A stretch of DNA of 63,984 nt, filler included, from Rhabdomonas costata (taxonomy: Eukaryota): the NCBI GenBank assembly GCA_019059605.1. It is 37 parts of 37 records of this genome, joined end to end, with 100 filler letters (N's around TTAATTAATTAA, not from the genome) between each part and the next. Parts side by side here need not be neighbours in the genome. Positions count along the whole stretch, not along the records: positions 38,125 to 39,755 come from JAHMHO010011652.1; positions 39,856 to 41,487 come from JAHMHO010011653.1; positions 41,588 to 43,217 come from JAHMHO010011654.1; positions 43,318 to 44,949 come from JAHMHO010011655.1; positions 45,050 to 46,680 come from JAHMHO010011656.1; positions 46,781 to 48,411 come from JAHMHO010011657.1; positions 48,512 to 50,143 come from JAHMHO010011658.1; 30 more parts are not named here. One strand, written 5' to 3'. The position numbers and the translations under genes were made by a program. Each line of letters begins with the position of its first letter. Positions within the stretch are counted from its first letter, which is position 1. The notes below the pieces were generated by a model. That model had not been told where the DNA came from and made no database searches. It saw nothing but the letters and a program-made list of their open reading frames with translations. Below, piece after piece: positions 38,272-49,973 of this stretch.

Positions 38272-39719
38272 CCATCCAGGGGCAGGCCAGAGATTTAGAG
38301 GTAGCACACCGACGGATGGAAAACCGCAGCAGCAGTTCCACGTACATCGCATTGTCAATGATGGGGTCCTCGCCTTCGTATGTGTTCTCTTGGCACAGCA
38401 GGTCGGAGAGCATTTCTCGGGCCTGGAAAGGCAGGCGGACATCCGATGCACACATTGCCGGAAGAATCTGAAAGACAGAGTGTCACTTCTTCTCACCGAT
38501 TTTGCATCAGCACCATTTTTATGGAGTTAGCCTGGTGAAACTCGTGAGCTCCTGTCTTCTGTTCTTGAGGATGATAATGTGGCCACGGCCCCAAACTTAC
38601 CAAGAAAAGAGAGGTGATATCTCTGCTGACTTCCCAGCTCACACGGGAAATCTCATCAGGTGACTCGGTCGGCGGCAACCCAATCGCTATTGAGCAGTGC
38701 ATGCCAGCCTCAATTAATCTCCATTCTGATGTATCCCACTATGCCCCCCTCCATCCACCCGAAAGGCAACCGACCTCGCCCGCCGGGAGGTAGCCACGGT
38801 CCACAATCCCGCTGTCCATCAGCAGCCGCATGAACTGGTCAATGGTCATCGTCTCGTTGTCCGTATCCGTCTCACCCTCACCCAGAACGGCGTAAAAAGA
38901 GTACACCTTCACCAGCACCTTGATGTAATCCTGACGGAAGGAGGGGCAGGGGTGGGACGACATTGCTCATTGCTCACACTGAGCGATCATCCGAATAGGC
39001 AGACACCATTTTGAGAATGATTTCGGGCGAAAGTTGATTTAACCCTTTCGTTAACCACCTGCACCACAGCCGTGTCCCTCTTTCCTCTCCGTTCCAACAA
39101 AGATGTATGCACCTCCACGCATTTGTGAATCTCCGTGATCATCTGCGCTTGGGTGACCCGCTCCATGGACAGAACGTCCCCGACATTCTCCGGACGGATC
39201 CGAGCCAAGAACTGCTTCAGCACAGCCTGTGCAGATTCGGAAAAAGAACCAATACCTTGCGGAAGGCGCGGCGGGGATGACCAATTGGAGCCAAATTGGG
39301 GCAAACTCACAACTACTACAGTCATTTCAGGCAAATGAACTTGCATGTCACTCAAGGAAGTTTTGGGAGGCAGCAGACAGAAGGTCAGCCTTCGGTTTCG
39401 TTTCGCTGTGCGCTTTGTGTATGGGCTGCAGAGGGAAACTAACCCTGGAGATGGTGTTCCCTCGGATGCGATCCAGGCAGTCGTACATCACCGACATCGT
39501 TACCCCCCGAGCAGAGCGTCTCCACAGCCATTTCCTGAAAGCAAGAAGGGGGGGGTTAGCCACACCAAAAGGAAAAGGAATTGGAGGACGCTGATGCGCA
39601 AGGTAACATACGCAACGTAAACATTGCGGGCAAATCTCATTGGACTGATGCGCTGCTCCAACTTCGCTAATTCCGCCTTGCCTCCATACAGCGCGACTTT
39701 TCAACCTCCTTCTCCACAT
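38272..39719 (-). CDS. Five-exon fragment of a protein with an EF-hand/p25-alpha-like helical region
   Basis: Phase-consistent GT-AG joins giving ...LVKVYSFYA...TMTIDQFMRLLMDSGIVD...IDNAMYVELLLRFS. Confidence 0.6.
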
Positions 39720-40544
39720 CTGAGGCTGCAGGGTACAGCCCGACCAAAACCCCCCNNNNNNNNNNNNNNNNNNNNNNNNNNNNNNNNNNNNNNNNNNNNT
39801 TAATTAATTAANNNNNNNNNNNNNNNNNNNNNNNNNNNNNNNNNNNNNNNNNNNNTTGTGGTGTGAATTGAGAGGGGGGATGTGGGATGGGCCAAGCTGC
39901 AGGGTTGGCAGGATGCTTCTCCGCAACATTAGCACATCCAAAGGCAAGGTTCGCCCCCCTCTCCTTTCTTCCGACTTCTCTGTCGTGGCCCATCCGCTCC
40001 AATCCCAACCCTTGCATTTTTTTCAGCTCCTGTACCAGAACCACAGCCTCCAAACCTCGCCCCCGCCGCTGCCAACCTCCACTTTTCCTCTGTCCCTTTT
40101 TCCCATGCTGTGCCTGCATGTGCGCATCTGCAATTGTACTCCTTTATTTTCCTGTCTTCCTCATTTTTCTCTTTTTCATGTGGAGAACCCTGACGCTGGA
40201 TGTCTTCTCTGATTCCACCGGTTGTCGTCCATCCCAGAGCCTGTTTGGTAATTAGTGGAAGCACTTGTCCGACTTTGCTCCGTGCGCTGACGTTTTTCTT
40301 CGTTCTAGTCTCGCTTCAGTTCTTACCTGGGACCGTGATCATCGTTGTGTGGGTGTATTGTTCCGTAGCATCGGTGCCTCCCTTGCCTGGAGGACCTTCA
40401 ATGCTGTTTTGGGATTCTCTCTTTGCAGGAAGGGGTCTTTTGGAGTACTGTCCAAAACTTCGTATCCCTTTCCCTTTTTTTGCACACGCTTGTTCACTGC
40501 AACTGCAGGCTCAGCATTGTTCTGCCCCTTCCCGTACAAAAAAG

Positions 40545-41396
40545 GCCCCCAGCTCTGTGTCCAGCGGGCACATCTTGTTCGCCAACAAGCGCAGCTACAT
40601 CCAGTACATCCCCGTGGGAGTGGTGGCGGTGATTAGCCCGTGGAACGTATGCATATCCTCCCAGTCCCCTCCAGCACCCCTTCCTCCTTTTGCTTTCCTC
40701 GCAAATCTTCTGCGTGAATGCCATCACTTTTTGTCGGATACTTCAGCAGAGCAAGGCCGAGGGTGGTGCCTCACGGGATTCCTTCCGATTGTGCGGATTG
40801 TGGTGTGATGCGGGGTGGGGGAAAGCGGACCACTCACTAGAGAAGAGCCGCCTTTACTGTAGTATTTGGTCTCTCCGGATGGCTGGCGGTCTCTCATTAT
40901 TTAATGCAAAACGGGGAGGAGATGGACAAGCCCGTCAAGCATTCTGCTGCGTAAATGTCGTCGCTGTCATTGGATGCACCACCTGAGCAAGAGCAGCGTA
41001 TTCCGAGTGTGATGATGCCTGAACATATTCGTTCCGACTTTGTGGTTGTGTGAGTGGGATGCGGGGTGGTTTGTGGGGTGCCCCCTGTTGCAGTACCCGT
41101 TCACCATCCCGTTCGGGGAGGTCATCATGGGCCTGATGGCGGGCAACGCGGTGCTGCTGAAGGTGGCCAGCCAGACTCTGCCGTGCGGGGAGTACATCGC
41201 GCGGTGCCTGGCCGCCGCGGGGCAGCCCGCGGGGCTGTTCCGGCACCTCGTGATCAACGGCTGGGAGATCACCAAGGTGCTGCTGGGCAGCCGCGTGGAC
41301 AAGATTTTCTTCACCGGCAGCGTGGCCAACGGGGTGCAGCTCATGCGGGACGCCGCGGAGACCCTCACCCCGCTCTCTCTGGAGCTCGGCGGCAAG
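40545..41396 (+). CDS. Aldehyde dehydrogenase fragment (exons 40545-40646, 41094-41396)
   Basis: Motifs PVGVVAVISPWN|YPF, AGNAVLLK, FTGS and LELGGK. Confidence 0.95.
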
Positions 41397-42044
41397 GTGC
41401 TTACCCACCGACCCCCCTCCCCCATCCAGAAGGCAAGAGCAACTCTGGAAAGGGGGACGAGCGAGTAGCCCCCGTGCAAAAACCCACNNNNNNNNNNNNN
41501 NNNNNNNNNNNNNNNNNNNNNNNNNNNNNNNTTAATTAATTAANNNNNNNNNNNNNNNNNNNNNNNNNNNNNNNNNNNNNNNNNNNNGGGTGTTGTTGCA
41601 TCGAAAATTTGCCGTGCATTGGTGCTGCTGCGCGGTAAAAAGTCAATTTGAACTTGAACGCGGTGGGCTACTTCGATAAACCTGGACAAATCAGAAGACT
41701 TGAGCTCCGCCTTCTCTCATGAAGCTGCTATTTCGGTGTCCACCTTGTTATCTCCTTTTTCTTCTTTGTTTTCTTTTTTGCCGCACTTCCTAACACACAC
41801 ATGTACCAGGAAGCCTATGCCAGGGATCCCTACTCCTTTGCCGGTGTGTCCGTGTCCTGCCTGTCTCACGATCGCTGAGAGACTTACTGATGGGGTTTCC
41901 CGGGGTGCATTTATTTCTTCCCCTCTTTCAACCTCTGAGACGTGAAGAAATCGCGGAGTACAGTATCATCGGTGAAACCCGCAGGATCTGTGCATCCCTG
42001 CGGCCCACCGATGGTTTGCGTTTTCCTTTCCTCTGTGTTGTCAG

Positions 42045-42764
42045 CCCTGAAGTTCTTTGAGGTGCCTTCGGAGACTTGCGCTGACGCAGCGGAGTCACCT
42101 GAAACCCCGCCGAGGTTGACTGTGCTTGCATGGGCTTGTTCTATATTGTGCTTGTACTTGAATCGTGCATATCTATTCGTTCTGTTTGTTGAACAGAAAG
42201 CCATCCCGCCGCTTCTCTTTAGGGGTCGTATCACATTCTTCAGATTTGCTTTCTCTCACGGTGACCTCGTTTTCTGTTGTGGTAAAGTGATTGTGCCAGA
42301 AATGAAGCGGTGTCCTGCTTCGACCGGCTGGCTCCTGTCATCCCGGCGGTTTGTTGGTTACCCTGCCGCGTGCAGCCCTTTGTTTGTCCATTGCACATTG
42401 CGCAGAACGCGTCGTCGTAGGAAAGCGTGTGTGTGTGTGTGTGGTTCCCAGTAGCTGTGAGGCGGAGATGCACGTACATCTCTCCGTCGCGGACCCGAGC
42501 GCTGCGGTGGATGGGTCGGCCCCCGCAGCCGCTCAGGGGCCCTTCCTGCCGTTGCCGGGGGTTGTGCTGCCGGTAGTCGTCGCGCTGGCGCCGAGCTCGG
42601 CTCCGGCTGTGCCGCCCACCCCGCCCACCGCCGCCACAGACGCGATGATGATGTTCGCCTCCACGGCGCATGCCCATCCGGGGGAGCCGAGTGCGGTGGT
42701 GAGGGCGGTGGAGCTCCCGCCGTGCCTGCACACCGCGCAGTGGAGGCGGCTGCGAGCCCGAAAG
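42045..42764 (+). CDS. Ala/Pro-rich protein fragment (two exons)
   Basis: Phase-2 GT-AG join and a GC-rich exon at 42455-42764. Confidence 0.5.
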
Positions 42765-43150
42765 GCATGCGTTGTCCAGACACGACTTTTCTTGTTTGCC
42801 ACGTTTTGAAGGGTAGGTGCGCTGGATCACTCATTAAACAACAAGTGTTTATTGAGATCGAAAGGCGATTCCCTATCTGTTCGCTGTTTCTTGTGTGCCA
42901 GTCGCAGCAGTGCATAGGTTGCTGCTGGGTATCTCACACTGAATTTCTGCTCAGTCTGCGGGGATAAAGGGTATGTGCATTTTCACTTATTGCTGAGCAG
43001 GGCCCCCCAAGCCCAGGGCACTAACGTCGGGCGGTGTCCCAGTATGTATGGGGTTCTCAGTAGGTGTACTCTTGGTGGCTGCCAGCGAACGATGGGAAGG
43101 AGGAACCGCTATATCACAGGAGCCGGAGCCAGCAGTGCACGGGATGGTAA

Positions 43151-43214
43151 GCACAAATATGGGATATACAAATATGGGATGGTAAACACATATTTGTATA
43201 TCCCATATTTGTGC
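43151..43214. repeat. 26-bp inverted repeat at a contig end
   Basis: 43151-43176 is the reverse complement of 43189-43214. Confidence 0.9.
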
Positions 43215-43597
43215 CAANNNNNNNNNNNNNNNNNNNNNNNNNNNNNNNNNNNNNNNNNNNNTTAATTAATTAANNNNNNNNNNNNNNNNNNNNNNNNNNN
43301 NNNNNNNNNNNNNNNNNCGTTGATGGGGGTACGCAGCAATGTGACTCAGGGCCATCTAAGTAGGGACGTTAATTTGGCTTTCAGTTGGACCTTTTTTTTT
43401 TCGCTTTTGCAGTACGAGAGACACGAATGAACACAAAAGCGGTGGAGGAATGGGATCTATGCAGCGCTTCGTCAAATAGAAATACCGCCATTCCCGCAGC
43501 TTCGAAGTAACCCCGCTTATCACCCCCACCCAATAAAAATGAATGAGTGGCTATCTGGGAGCTAGGGATGGGGCGTGAGAAAGTCTGTTGAGCTCAC

Positions 43598-44722
43598 CTC
43601 GGGTGTCGGCCCAGGTGGGCGAGATCGAGCGAACATCGACAAGAACAAACCGCAGCACCTCCACCGAGCCCTCGCTGGGATAGGCCCCCCTGAGACGAGA
43701 ATGCGGGGTGTCCGCACCATACATGTATTTGCACGGGAAAGCAGGCGCCTCAGCCAGTGCGCGAGTGAAGTCAATTCTCCCGCTTACGTGGCTACTGCTT
43801 TTTTGGGGGGGGGGATGGCCACCTCTTCCTCTACTGCTCGGCGGAGGTTTTTAGGAAAGACACACAAACACACGCACAAACACCATAAGGTTCGACCAGC
43901 CACGTCGAGGAAGAAGTTCTGGATCAAGGCAGTGGAAGCGTAAGCACTCAGGTCGACCTGATCACATCCGCCATATTGGTCACAAACGTAATACAGACCA
44001 ATCCCCTTCTATATTTTTGTGGGACGTAATTTTCGACACCTGCGATTATGAGAAATGTACAACGCATACCCTCTTTTCCATTATGAAAGAGTGTTTAGTC
44101 TCCTCGACAGGATGTGGGCATCATGCCCTTGAGGGAAATGCAGAAAAAACAGGAGGGCACTCAGTACGAGTTGTCTGAAATGTGATGGCAACGTAGACGC
44201 CCAACCCCCTCCCAGCTGCGCAGACCCGTACGTGTTGATAACTACACATGGTGACGACAGGAACGAATTACCGCATGCACTAGCATGGCCACGGGAGAGA
44301 AGGGAAGCCGATATTGGATAGGAAAGGACAGGGACGGGTGGGACACTGACAAGAAACAGATATACAACAGATACAAGTGGATTGCATGTACCACACCAAG
44401 AAATTGTCTCACGCTTGATGTGACGGTAAGGGAAGCAGTTAGTCATTGAAGTCGTGGCTGCAATAATGCACTGTCTTAATGTCTTAATATGTTCTACGGC
44501 GTTTTATGTTGGGGCACACCTTTCCAAACACGGATAGCTGCGGGTTCGGGTAGAACTTAAATACTGTGCTGGCAGTGTCTGTGGGCTGGTTGACGCTAAG
44601 AAAGCCCACGTTGGAGGCGGGGTCGACGGCAACCGCAGTGAACGCTGCGGCGCTGGACAGCCCATTGGAGACCAGCGTGACACTTCCAGAGAAGGCACTG
44701 CTCGAGGGAAACAGCTTCGCCA
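43598..44722 (-). CDS. Beta-rich surface protein fragment leading into a probable IPT/TIG domain (exons 44722-44520, 43957-43884, 43689-43598)
   Basis: Phase-consistent introns. Propeller-like TAVAVDPASNVGFL and TIG-start-like VRSISPTWADTRG. Confidence 0.65.
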
Positions 44723-45530
44723 CTGTGCATAAAGCCACACCTGACTGGCGTCAGTCTCTCCGCACCTCGAGAAAGTTCCTCCCAATTCTGCCCAGAGCCT
44801 CTTCTCACTTGCCCGCAATCCGTTGCGGCAACATTCACACGGACACCTGCAGCATTCATGTGCGACTTGCTATGATTCCCCCTCCCACCCCCAAGGCAGA
44901 CTAGCACACGCTGAGGGACATCAGATGTGCAGAACAGTCACAAAACAAANNNNNNNNNNNNNNNNNNNNNNNNNNNNNNNNNNNNNNNNNNNNTTAATTA
45001 ATTAANNNNNNNNNNNNNNNNNNNNNNNNNNNNNNNNNNNNNNNNNNNNGTTTTGGGGTGTGTGGATGCAGATGTGACTGCCCGGAGTGGCACAGGAGGC
45101 ATACGCTCGTTCGTGGTCACAGGCGGTCCCCTCGCTTCATATCTCACGGCCCTCATGGGTGTTGGCTACCCATATCTCTGTGACGTCCTCGGGTCTTTCA
45201 ATAGTTCCCTTGCAGGTCTGTCTGACACAATGACATATACTGTACTGTACGCCAATATGCCTGTTGCCTTTTCGGAGTCAGAACAGTGAACTAGGGGACA
45301 GGCACCCCTAAAGTAGAGCGTGAGGGAGAAAAGTAGGTCGACGCAAGCGAAAAAGGCGGAAATTCTTGCCCTCCTCACACAGTTTCCATAGTAAACTCGG
45401 GACTCCGCGTTCCAAATCCCTTACCATAGCAGCAAATTTGGAGAGGTGGAGGCATCATCCAAAGCCACTTCAAAACCACAGAAGATCAATATAGCCAGCC
45501 AAAAAAAGCCACGCACGCACACAGCCATAC

Positions 45531-46516
45531 TTCAGGCCCTCGCCGCGCTGCTCCCCGATCACCACTTGAACGATGTACTTGTACCGGTCCCATCCCACCT
45601 CTGTGCAAGGAACAGCACACGCCGACGACGAAAAAAGAACACAACATGGGCAGAAAACCACGCTGCACAGCGACCTGGCTCTTGGATGACAATTGACGGC
45701 AGGTGTGGTTTGTCCGTGTGACACTGAAAGTATGGGAGAAACCTTTGAGCCGAGCGCAGATGGTGTCGGCGATCTCCTTGGTGTAGTTCGTGACGTTGTC
45801 CGGGTGGTACTCCTACGGCGAGCGAGGAATGAAGAGACGCTCGGTCCACAAACGGTGGCCCACGTATCCGCGAAGTCATTCAGAAACAGATGCAAATGTG
45901 CAAATGCCACGTTTCGCGGTGGAAACCTTTTGGCTGCTGCTTTAGAGTGCTAAAATGCCCGGGAGGGTTTAAGGAAGCAACATGCACTAAGAACTGCAAG
46001 TCCCAGTTACTCGCCAAATGCCTTGCTGTTCCTTGTAGAATACTGCGAAATATATACTGGCGGAAACCTGCCCATCGAGCTTCTGTTGCAGCACCTTTTT
46101 CATGATCTCCTTCACCACACGTGCACGGAACCTGCAGCGACGGAGCAGAATGGTAAACGGGTACAATCGTAGGCAAAGGGGGTCGAGAGAGCGGCACAGG
46201 AGGACTTCTGATTTGACGCATTCCGGTCTGGAGGATGGAGCGGTGGTTTCAAACAATGTGTCACAGCATGTCCGTCTCTGCATAGGCGCGGACGTGAACG
46301 GGGCTCCGTGCACCCCAAACCCGACCAATCGGGAGAGATTGACCTCCCACCTTTCCTTGTTTTTATTTCATCGCATTGCACCGATAAAAAATAACTCGTG
46401 AGCCAAGCTAACATCCCCACCCACAGGAAAAAAGGCATGCGTCAGCTCACTCTAACAAACACACACTTCTTCTTGTGATTTGGTCGCAGCGAGAAGTTCT
46501 CTGCCACGGTTGCCAT
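45531..46516 (-). CDS. DYNLT2B: Tctex1-domain dynein light chain, TCTEX1D2/DYNLT2B-like (exons 46516-46467, 46131-46068, 45812-45743, 45600-45531)
   Basis: Spliced MATVAENFSLRPNHKKKFRARVVKEIMKKVLQQKLDGQEYHPD...EIADTICARLKEVGWDRYKYIVQVVIGEQRGEG. All phases are consistent. Confidence 0.9.
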
Positions 46517-47259
46517 CGCAGATGGCAGAGGGGGTGTTTATACCACAAGTCTGGTGACGGCAAAAAAAAAACAACGAAAGACGAAAGCAGCCTGGCGAGA
46601 GAGCCCGAGAACGCATGAAATAGAAACAGGCAAAGTACCAATCCCCCCCCCCACATAAACACGCCGCCATACAAAACACCNNNNNNNNNNNNNNNNNNNN
46701 NNNNNNNNNNNNNNNNNNNNNNNNTTAATTAATTAANNNNNNNNNNNNNNNNNNNNNNNNNNNNNNNNNNNNNNNNNNNNGGGGGTGTGTTTGGGGGGGG
46801 GGGGTAAACGACATCATACGGCACAATATTTTATGCGGCAAATTGTAAAACGTCTCCTGAGGGGTTGGGGTTCACCCCTGGTCCCTCCCAAACTTCCTTT
46901 GTTGTTGTCGTGGGTCCCACACCCTAAAATGACCCAAAAAAATAGTCAATGAGAAAACCAAACATGGGGCAAGACATAATTTCAAGTTGTTTCATCAAGT
47001 GGCCCCTTCTCGGTCGCCAGAGCAATGGTTTTGAATGCATGCTGTCTTTTTACTATTGTACTGTCATTCGACGAGGCAGTCCGTCTGCCTGCATCATGTT
47101 CATTTACACTTCAGGTGAGAAAGCAGTGCTTGCTTTTGTGTGCAGGTTTTTTAATGGTAGAGCACCCTTGGGCATCATTCGGCAACTGTTATTGAAACAC
47201 GCACGTTTTTCACTCGCTTGCCTTTTTGTTTGACTCCAGACGTCCTGTGATGTTTGCAG

Positions 47260-48116
47260 AATGTCCTCCACGGCCCGCACTCTTTTTCCTGGAAATTCCA
47301 TGGAAAGGTGCGAACTTCCCTCTTTTTCTGCTTGCTTTTGGTTCGTCCCTATGCTGTGGGCACTGGTCTTGAAGGGGTGAGGGGTGAGAATGTGCAAATG
47401 GTGGCTGTGAGGGGGTACGGGGTTTTGGGCACCGGCAAGCTCATCCACAGCTTTTTGCCGCTCCAATCGACGTGAAGGGGGGGGATATTGATGATGCGGC
47501 GACTGAGCGCACCTAATACAAATGCGCATCACCCGTGGCCCTTACCCCCAGTTGTGAGTTGTGCGCATGAAAAGAAGTTGCGCGGCTTCGCCAAAAGCTG
47601 TCTTCAGGTGTCAGCAGTGGCCCGTGACTCCACCACGCTTCACGCTTCTGGACTTGCTGGCTTCCGCCAAATATGTCTCGAGACATAGGGGGGGGGGTAT
47701 GTCTGCCCATTGCAGGCCAGGAACGCACAAGAAACGCTAGTATTTCCTGTGTCACCAGTGCCACCACACTGTCTAGAGTCACCCACAAACCGCAAACGGA
47801 ATGGCAAACACTGCGCCGGAAGCTGGGCGGAGGCCGAAGGGAAATGCCCATGTGTAACTGTGTTGACTTGGCGTATGTTGTGCATGCGTAATCCAATCCA
47901 CAGACTGGAGCTGGTGCGTCGCGCGGGCGTATGAGAGCACAGCTGTTCTCCCTTGTTTTAAACACAGCGCGGAGCTGTTCCAAGAGCAGTTCCACCACAC
48001 GGACGACGTGGCGCGGTGGGCGGGGGCCCTCCGCATCCGCCTGGAACTGCTGCGTGAGCATCTGAACGGCTTCCGGGCCCTTCTGAGAGAGGATCCAGAC
48101 CTGGAGCCCATTCCCG
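47260..48116 (+). CDS. Exons of an unknown helical protein
   Basis: AG/GT-bounded exons NVLHGPHSFSWKFHGK and AELFQEQFHHTDDVARWAGALRIRLELLREHL. The join between them is unresolved. Confidence 0.45.
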
Positions 48117-48274
48117 GTATGGGGGTATACACTGGGTCAGTCTTCGCTGCCTCACCCTGTTCCCTTCTTTACCCTCCACGAGTGTGCCTCCGTGCAGTTT
48201 GTGCGCGCCACACGCGTTTTCTGTGCTTGTTCCAGGTATCTCTAGGGATTCTTTGTTGCGTTTGCTGTTGGACA

Positions 48275-48404
48275 TTTTAGACTATTCACTGAACAGTGGT
48301 GACGCAGTGTCGTGGATGTTTTAGCTTCAAATGAAGGGGGGGGGGTATGTGATGGTAAAACATCCACGACACTGCGTCACCACTGTTCAGTGAATAGTCT
48401 AAAA
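48275..48404. repeat. Perfect 49-bp inverted repeat at a contig end
   Basis: 48275-48323 is the reverse complement of 48356-48404. Confidence 0.95.
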
Positions 48405-48711
48405 CACAACANNNNNNNNNNNNNNNNNNNNNNNNNNNNNNNNNNNNNNNNNNNNTTAATTAATTAANNNNNNNNNNNNNNNNNNNNNNNNNNNNNNNNN
48501 NNNNNNNNNNNGTTTTGGGTTTCAACATGAACCATTTGTCACTGTTAAATCATGGTTCATGTTGAAACTGAAAATCATCCAGGTCTCGCATATATTGCTA
48601 TACATCCACAGCGTTTTGGCGTACCCCATCCAACGGGAAAAGTAAACTTCTTTCTCAACTTCTCCTGACTTTCTCAGCTGTTGTCAGGCTGTGAGTCTTG
48701 TTTTTTGTCAG

Positions 48712-49973
48712 GTTTTCTCACCGTCAAGGTTGACGCCCACGAAGAGGAGTGCTTTTACGATGACGTGCAGTACTCTGGCCAGAAAGTGTTTTTTGCCTAT
48801 CAGGTTACCGAACATCCATTTCCTGTGTGTGGGGGGGGGGAATTGCGCGTGTGAATGGTGTACAGGGCGCTCTCGCGCCCAACGCACCGCGTGAAATCCG
48901 TGCGGGGCGGTAGAACATGCTGGACCATCAGATAGGTCCTCCCCCTGGTCAATTCCGCGAAAGGATGCCAATCCTTCCACATAAACTAGTATTTTGGGAA
49001 AACTGCGTGTGTGGTTTCGATTAACCTAATTGAAAACCCGCTTCATCCTTGTCGAGAAGTCATGTTGATCTTTTGGCGTGTGTGGTTCACCTCGCTTCCG
49101 CATTTTCTTTTTCCCCACCTTTTTTCCAACTCGTGAATTCATAAACCCAAAAACCCTTCGATAAGTTTTAGTTAATTTTTTTTGCCTCGCAACCGAGTTC
49201 ATTGCATGCTTGAAATTCACGGTGGTCACTGCAGGATCTGTTTGTGTCTAAGGTTTCTCAAGGAGGTTCCCTGGACGTCGACGTTGCCATTTATAACAAG
49301 AATGACGACCTGGTTTTCGATTCCGTCAGGGAAAGCGAAGGCAGAGTGCTGTTTGTTGCTTACCTTACTGGCCAGTATAGGGTGTGCTGTGTTATACATG
49401 CTTTTGGTGTTATCCTTGTCTTGTAAGTCGGCGTCTCCGTCTTGTCGTTTTCCATAGTTCTGCTTCAGCAACCAAATGTCGTCGCTGACCACCAAATCAG
49501 TGAGCTTCAACATCGTGATCGGTGACCCTATGGAGCAAAAGCCGAAGAAGTTGGGTGCGTTCATTAGAACCCTTCAAACTTTTTGACAATCACCAGACAC
49601 CTATTTTTGCCAGAATATTGCATTGTCGTGGTTCAGACGTGACTGCCGCTGTGGACCGGTCGATTCTGAGGATTACGGAAGCTTTGACCGAGATCCGCCA
49701 GGAGCAGACCCATCTTAGAATCCGCGAGCGCGTACACCGAGACAGTGTGTCCGCTTGCTCACCTTCCTTCTTACCTCTTCTTCCTTTTTCCCCTCCAACA
49801 AAAAGCGTCGGAAACATCTGTTGTGGGCCTGTATTGCTCCTATCATCTTTCGTTTGGCAGCTGCCGAGAGTACCAACGACCGGGTGATGTGGGGCAGTAT
49901 CATTCAGGGTGCCGCAATGGTGGGGATGAGTGTCCTGCAGATCATGTACTTGAAGCGGTGCTTTGAGGTTTGA
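48712..49973 (+). CDS. p24/emp24/TMED family GOLD-domain cargo receptor (exons 48712-48803, 49253-49381, 49458-49554, 49637-49744, 49861-49967/49973)
   Basis: VDAHEEECFY, GGSLDVD, GQYRFCFSNQMSSLTTKSVSF, RERVHRDTAESTNDRVMWGS, QIMYLKRCFE. All introns are GT-AG and in phase. Confidence 0.95.

Noticed and set aside
35364..42770. Further GC donors at 35364 (GCACGC) and 42765 (GCATGC)
   Set aside because: An in-phase GT lies 6 nt downstream in each case and no homology fixes the junction, so they were not counted.
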